64,000 nt of DNA from Nemertoderma westbladi (lineage: Eukaryota; Animalia; Xenacoelomorpha): NCBI GenBank assembly GCA_032718475.1, contig JAUCBJ010005087.1, forward strand, positions 1 to 64,000. The letters are read 5' to 3'. Below are positions 61,617-64,000 of the stretch, one piece after another. Both the position numbers and the translations under genes were made by a program. Below the pieces are notes generated by a model that worked only from the letters and a program-made list of their open reading frames with translations, had not been told where the DNA came from and ran no database searches. Position 1 is the first letter of the stretch, and each line of letters begins with the position of its first letter.

Positions 61617-63348
61617 GGATAGTTCTTTTTACAGAACACAAGTGAACACACAAGAACACACCCAAAAACACTTAAAAAACTGCCGAACACAATCGAACAC
61701 TGTCGAAACTAAAAAGAGCACAAAAAAATAACACCGGGTACCAACTTTTAGATAAAAATTCGCCTCGCGTTGCTTTTCTATATGTAAATTACCAGAATTA
61801 TTGAATAAAATTGTCGCGAAATTAAATATTCATTTCTTATCAGGAAGGCCTATCATTTGTTCTGTACTGCTGTACTGTATAACAAACTACAGTATGTAGG
61901 GAAGCCTACCGGGTACCGTACCTGTCACATATATAGTAATAGCGGGTTAGCTAATAGGCCTGTTTGCCTGTGTACTGCAATAGCTTGGGCTGCGATTGAT
62001 TGCTGAGGATATGAATTAGGAAGTTTTAGTCACGTTACCCTACGTAGGCCTACTGTACCGGGTGTTCCATAATGATGGACCCCCCCCCCCCCCCCCCCCC
62101 CCTGTCCAGCCAATACTGCCAGACATGTACTTTAAGGTAATATATCATTCGAAAGATAATTTAATTCTGAGCTTGCATGCAAAAATATAGGGTCCAATAC
62201 AAAAGTTTATAAATATTTTATAGGCTATTCTTTAAACCAATCTCATTTTTCAATATTTTTGATTTAATCACAATTAAAAAAATATAATTTATCCATCGTT
62301 AGTCGTCAGCTTTACAACCATGTTTCCCCTTTGCAGCACGGGGAGCTCCTCGATAGTGGCAAAGGATGTTGGCCCTTAAAAAGGCCGTTTTGGTTTGAGT
62401 TCAGTTTGATTATGCCACAGAATCACAAACCTCTCTAAAAGTAACATCTCTGATCCTGTCAACCATATGTTTTCTTCAGAGTCATCGAAAATTGCACTGG
62501 AACTTGTCATTTTAATTACTTCTGCTAGTCCTAATTCAGTAAAATCACCAAAGAAACACTAATACCTGTAACTGAATACTGTAATATATTGCAATACAGC
62601 AAAAGTCAGCAGTAATAACTGTTATTAACCAAACAGGGCTGCAACCTGCAAATCTGATGACTAACGCTGGATAAATTATATTTTTTTAAATTGTGATTAA
62701 ATCACAAATATTTAAAAGTAAAATAGATTTAAAGAATAGCCTATAAAATTTTTATACTTTTCTATTGGACCCTAAATTTTTGCATGCAAGCTCAGAATTA
62801 AATTATCTTTCGAATTATATATTACACTCAAGTACATGTCTGGCAGTTTTGGCTGGCCAGGGGGGGGGGGGGGGGGGGTGGCAATCAATATGGAATACCC
62901 GGTACATGACGTACGGTACAGTACAACACTTCGGTACAACATAGGTACCGGTACCTACCTGCCTACTGTACTGCTGCACTGGAATATAAAGAGCTGGGTC
63001 CCGGTTTGGCAGAGTGGCAGGTACCGGTAGGAATCTCTACCACACTTGCTAACCACACTTAACTTAAGCCTACTACTGTACAATGTTAAATTATTAGTTG
63101 TAGACTTAGGCTAGGCCTGAATTGATAAGAAATTAATATTTAATTTCGCGACAATTTTATTCAATAATTTCGGGAATTTTCTTATAGAAAAGCAACGCGT
63201 GGCTCATTTTATCTAAAAGTTGGTACCCAGTGTTATTTTTTTGTGCTCTTTCTATTATTCGACTGTGTTCGATTGTGTTCGGCAGTTTTTGGAGTGTGTT
63301 CGGGTGTGTTCTACTGTGTTCGCATGTGTTCTGTAAAAAGATCTATCC
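61617..63348. mobile_element. Non-autonomous Mutator-like element with about 210-bp TIRs
   Basis: TIRs GGATAGTTCTTTTTACAGAACACA... and ...TGTGTTCTGTAAAAAGATCTATCC; 9-bp TSD CAGTGTGGA at 61608-61616 and 63349-63357. Confidence 0.85.
62058..62902. mobile_element. Tc1/mariner-type MITE nested in the Mutator-like element
   Basis: TA|CCGGGTGTTCCATA ... TATGGAATACCCGG|TA with about 230-bp TIRs. Confidence 0.85.
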
Positions 63349-64000
63349 CAGTGTGGATGGTTCTCACCGGACCTGTTAGATACGCGCTGAGGGCACAATA
63401 TGGATAACTTAGTCGATTGTTGCGAAGCCGGAAACGAAAACAGTAGGCCGTCACACGAGGATGTTATATTAAGCTGAAAGCGGGTTTTTTGTCATTTGTG
63501 AAGGACTAATTACCTTCTTAAGGAGTGAGGCTTCAATGTATTGTCACCGTTTGTTCAAATATTTTTTAAATCTTTTCTAGTTAATTGACAGTTACAGTTT
63601 CAAATATCATGAAGATTAATTTGATAAATATATTCCACAAAACGTGATACTACAGGAACTATGGAAGATACAGGTAGACGTAAACAGTGACGAATTATTT
63701 TGATGCAATATTTTTTTCTTACGATTCTTATCAATTACAAGAGTGGCAGGTTTACAGTAATTTTCCAAAGATACAATATGTTAGTCTTTCAGCTGTGTAA
63801 AACTTTATTCAAATTCGTTCAAACAATAATTGATATGATAACAACAATTAATTCAATTATTAACTAAATTAGTCATGGTTTAGTGTAATCCCAACCTGGT
63901 GGGAATTTAATTAATTAATTATAATTTACTACTTGTAGCAGCACTGGGAGTATTTAATAAGAGTCATTTGGAGAAGAAAGTCTTTTGTTTCTTAATTTCA

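Overview
Repeat-dense eukaryotic (invertebrate animal-like) genomic DNA, not prokaryotic. The only recognisable host gene is the 5' part of a minus-strand EF-hand gene resembling WDR49/EFCAB8/WDY: exons 13274-13473 and 1-93 splice in phase across a 13.2-kb intron. Two complete BEL/Pao LTR retrotransposons dominate the window. Element 1 (1901-9715, +) has 551-bp near-identical LTRs and TSD TCATC, and encodes only Gag-protease plus a vestigial integrase, with no RT/RNase H. Element 2 (34394-50551, -) has 1199-bp LTRs, TSD TCCGT, a disrupted gag-pol and an extra non-Env ORF; it sits inside an RTE-type LINE, which sits inside a 31-bp satellite. The top observation is that neither element has a tRNA-type (TGG) primer-binding site. 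In each, the bases directly after the 5' LTR are the exact reverse complement of a segment inside its own LTR (9 and 12 nt), suggesting Tf1-like self-primed reverse transcription in BEL/Pao elements. The rest is MITEs (Kolobok-, hAT-, Tc1/mariner- and MULE-like), Helentron/HINE-like elements, tRNA-derived SINEs, LINE fragments and tandem repeats. Coordinates were read by eye and family names come from motif recall, not database searches.
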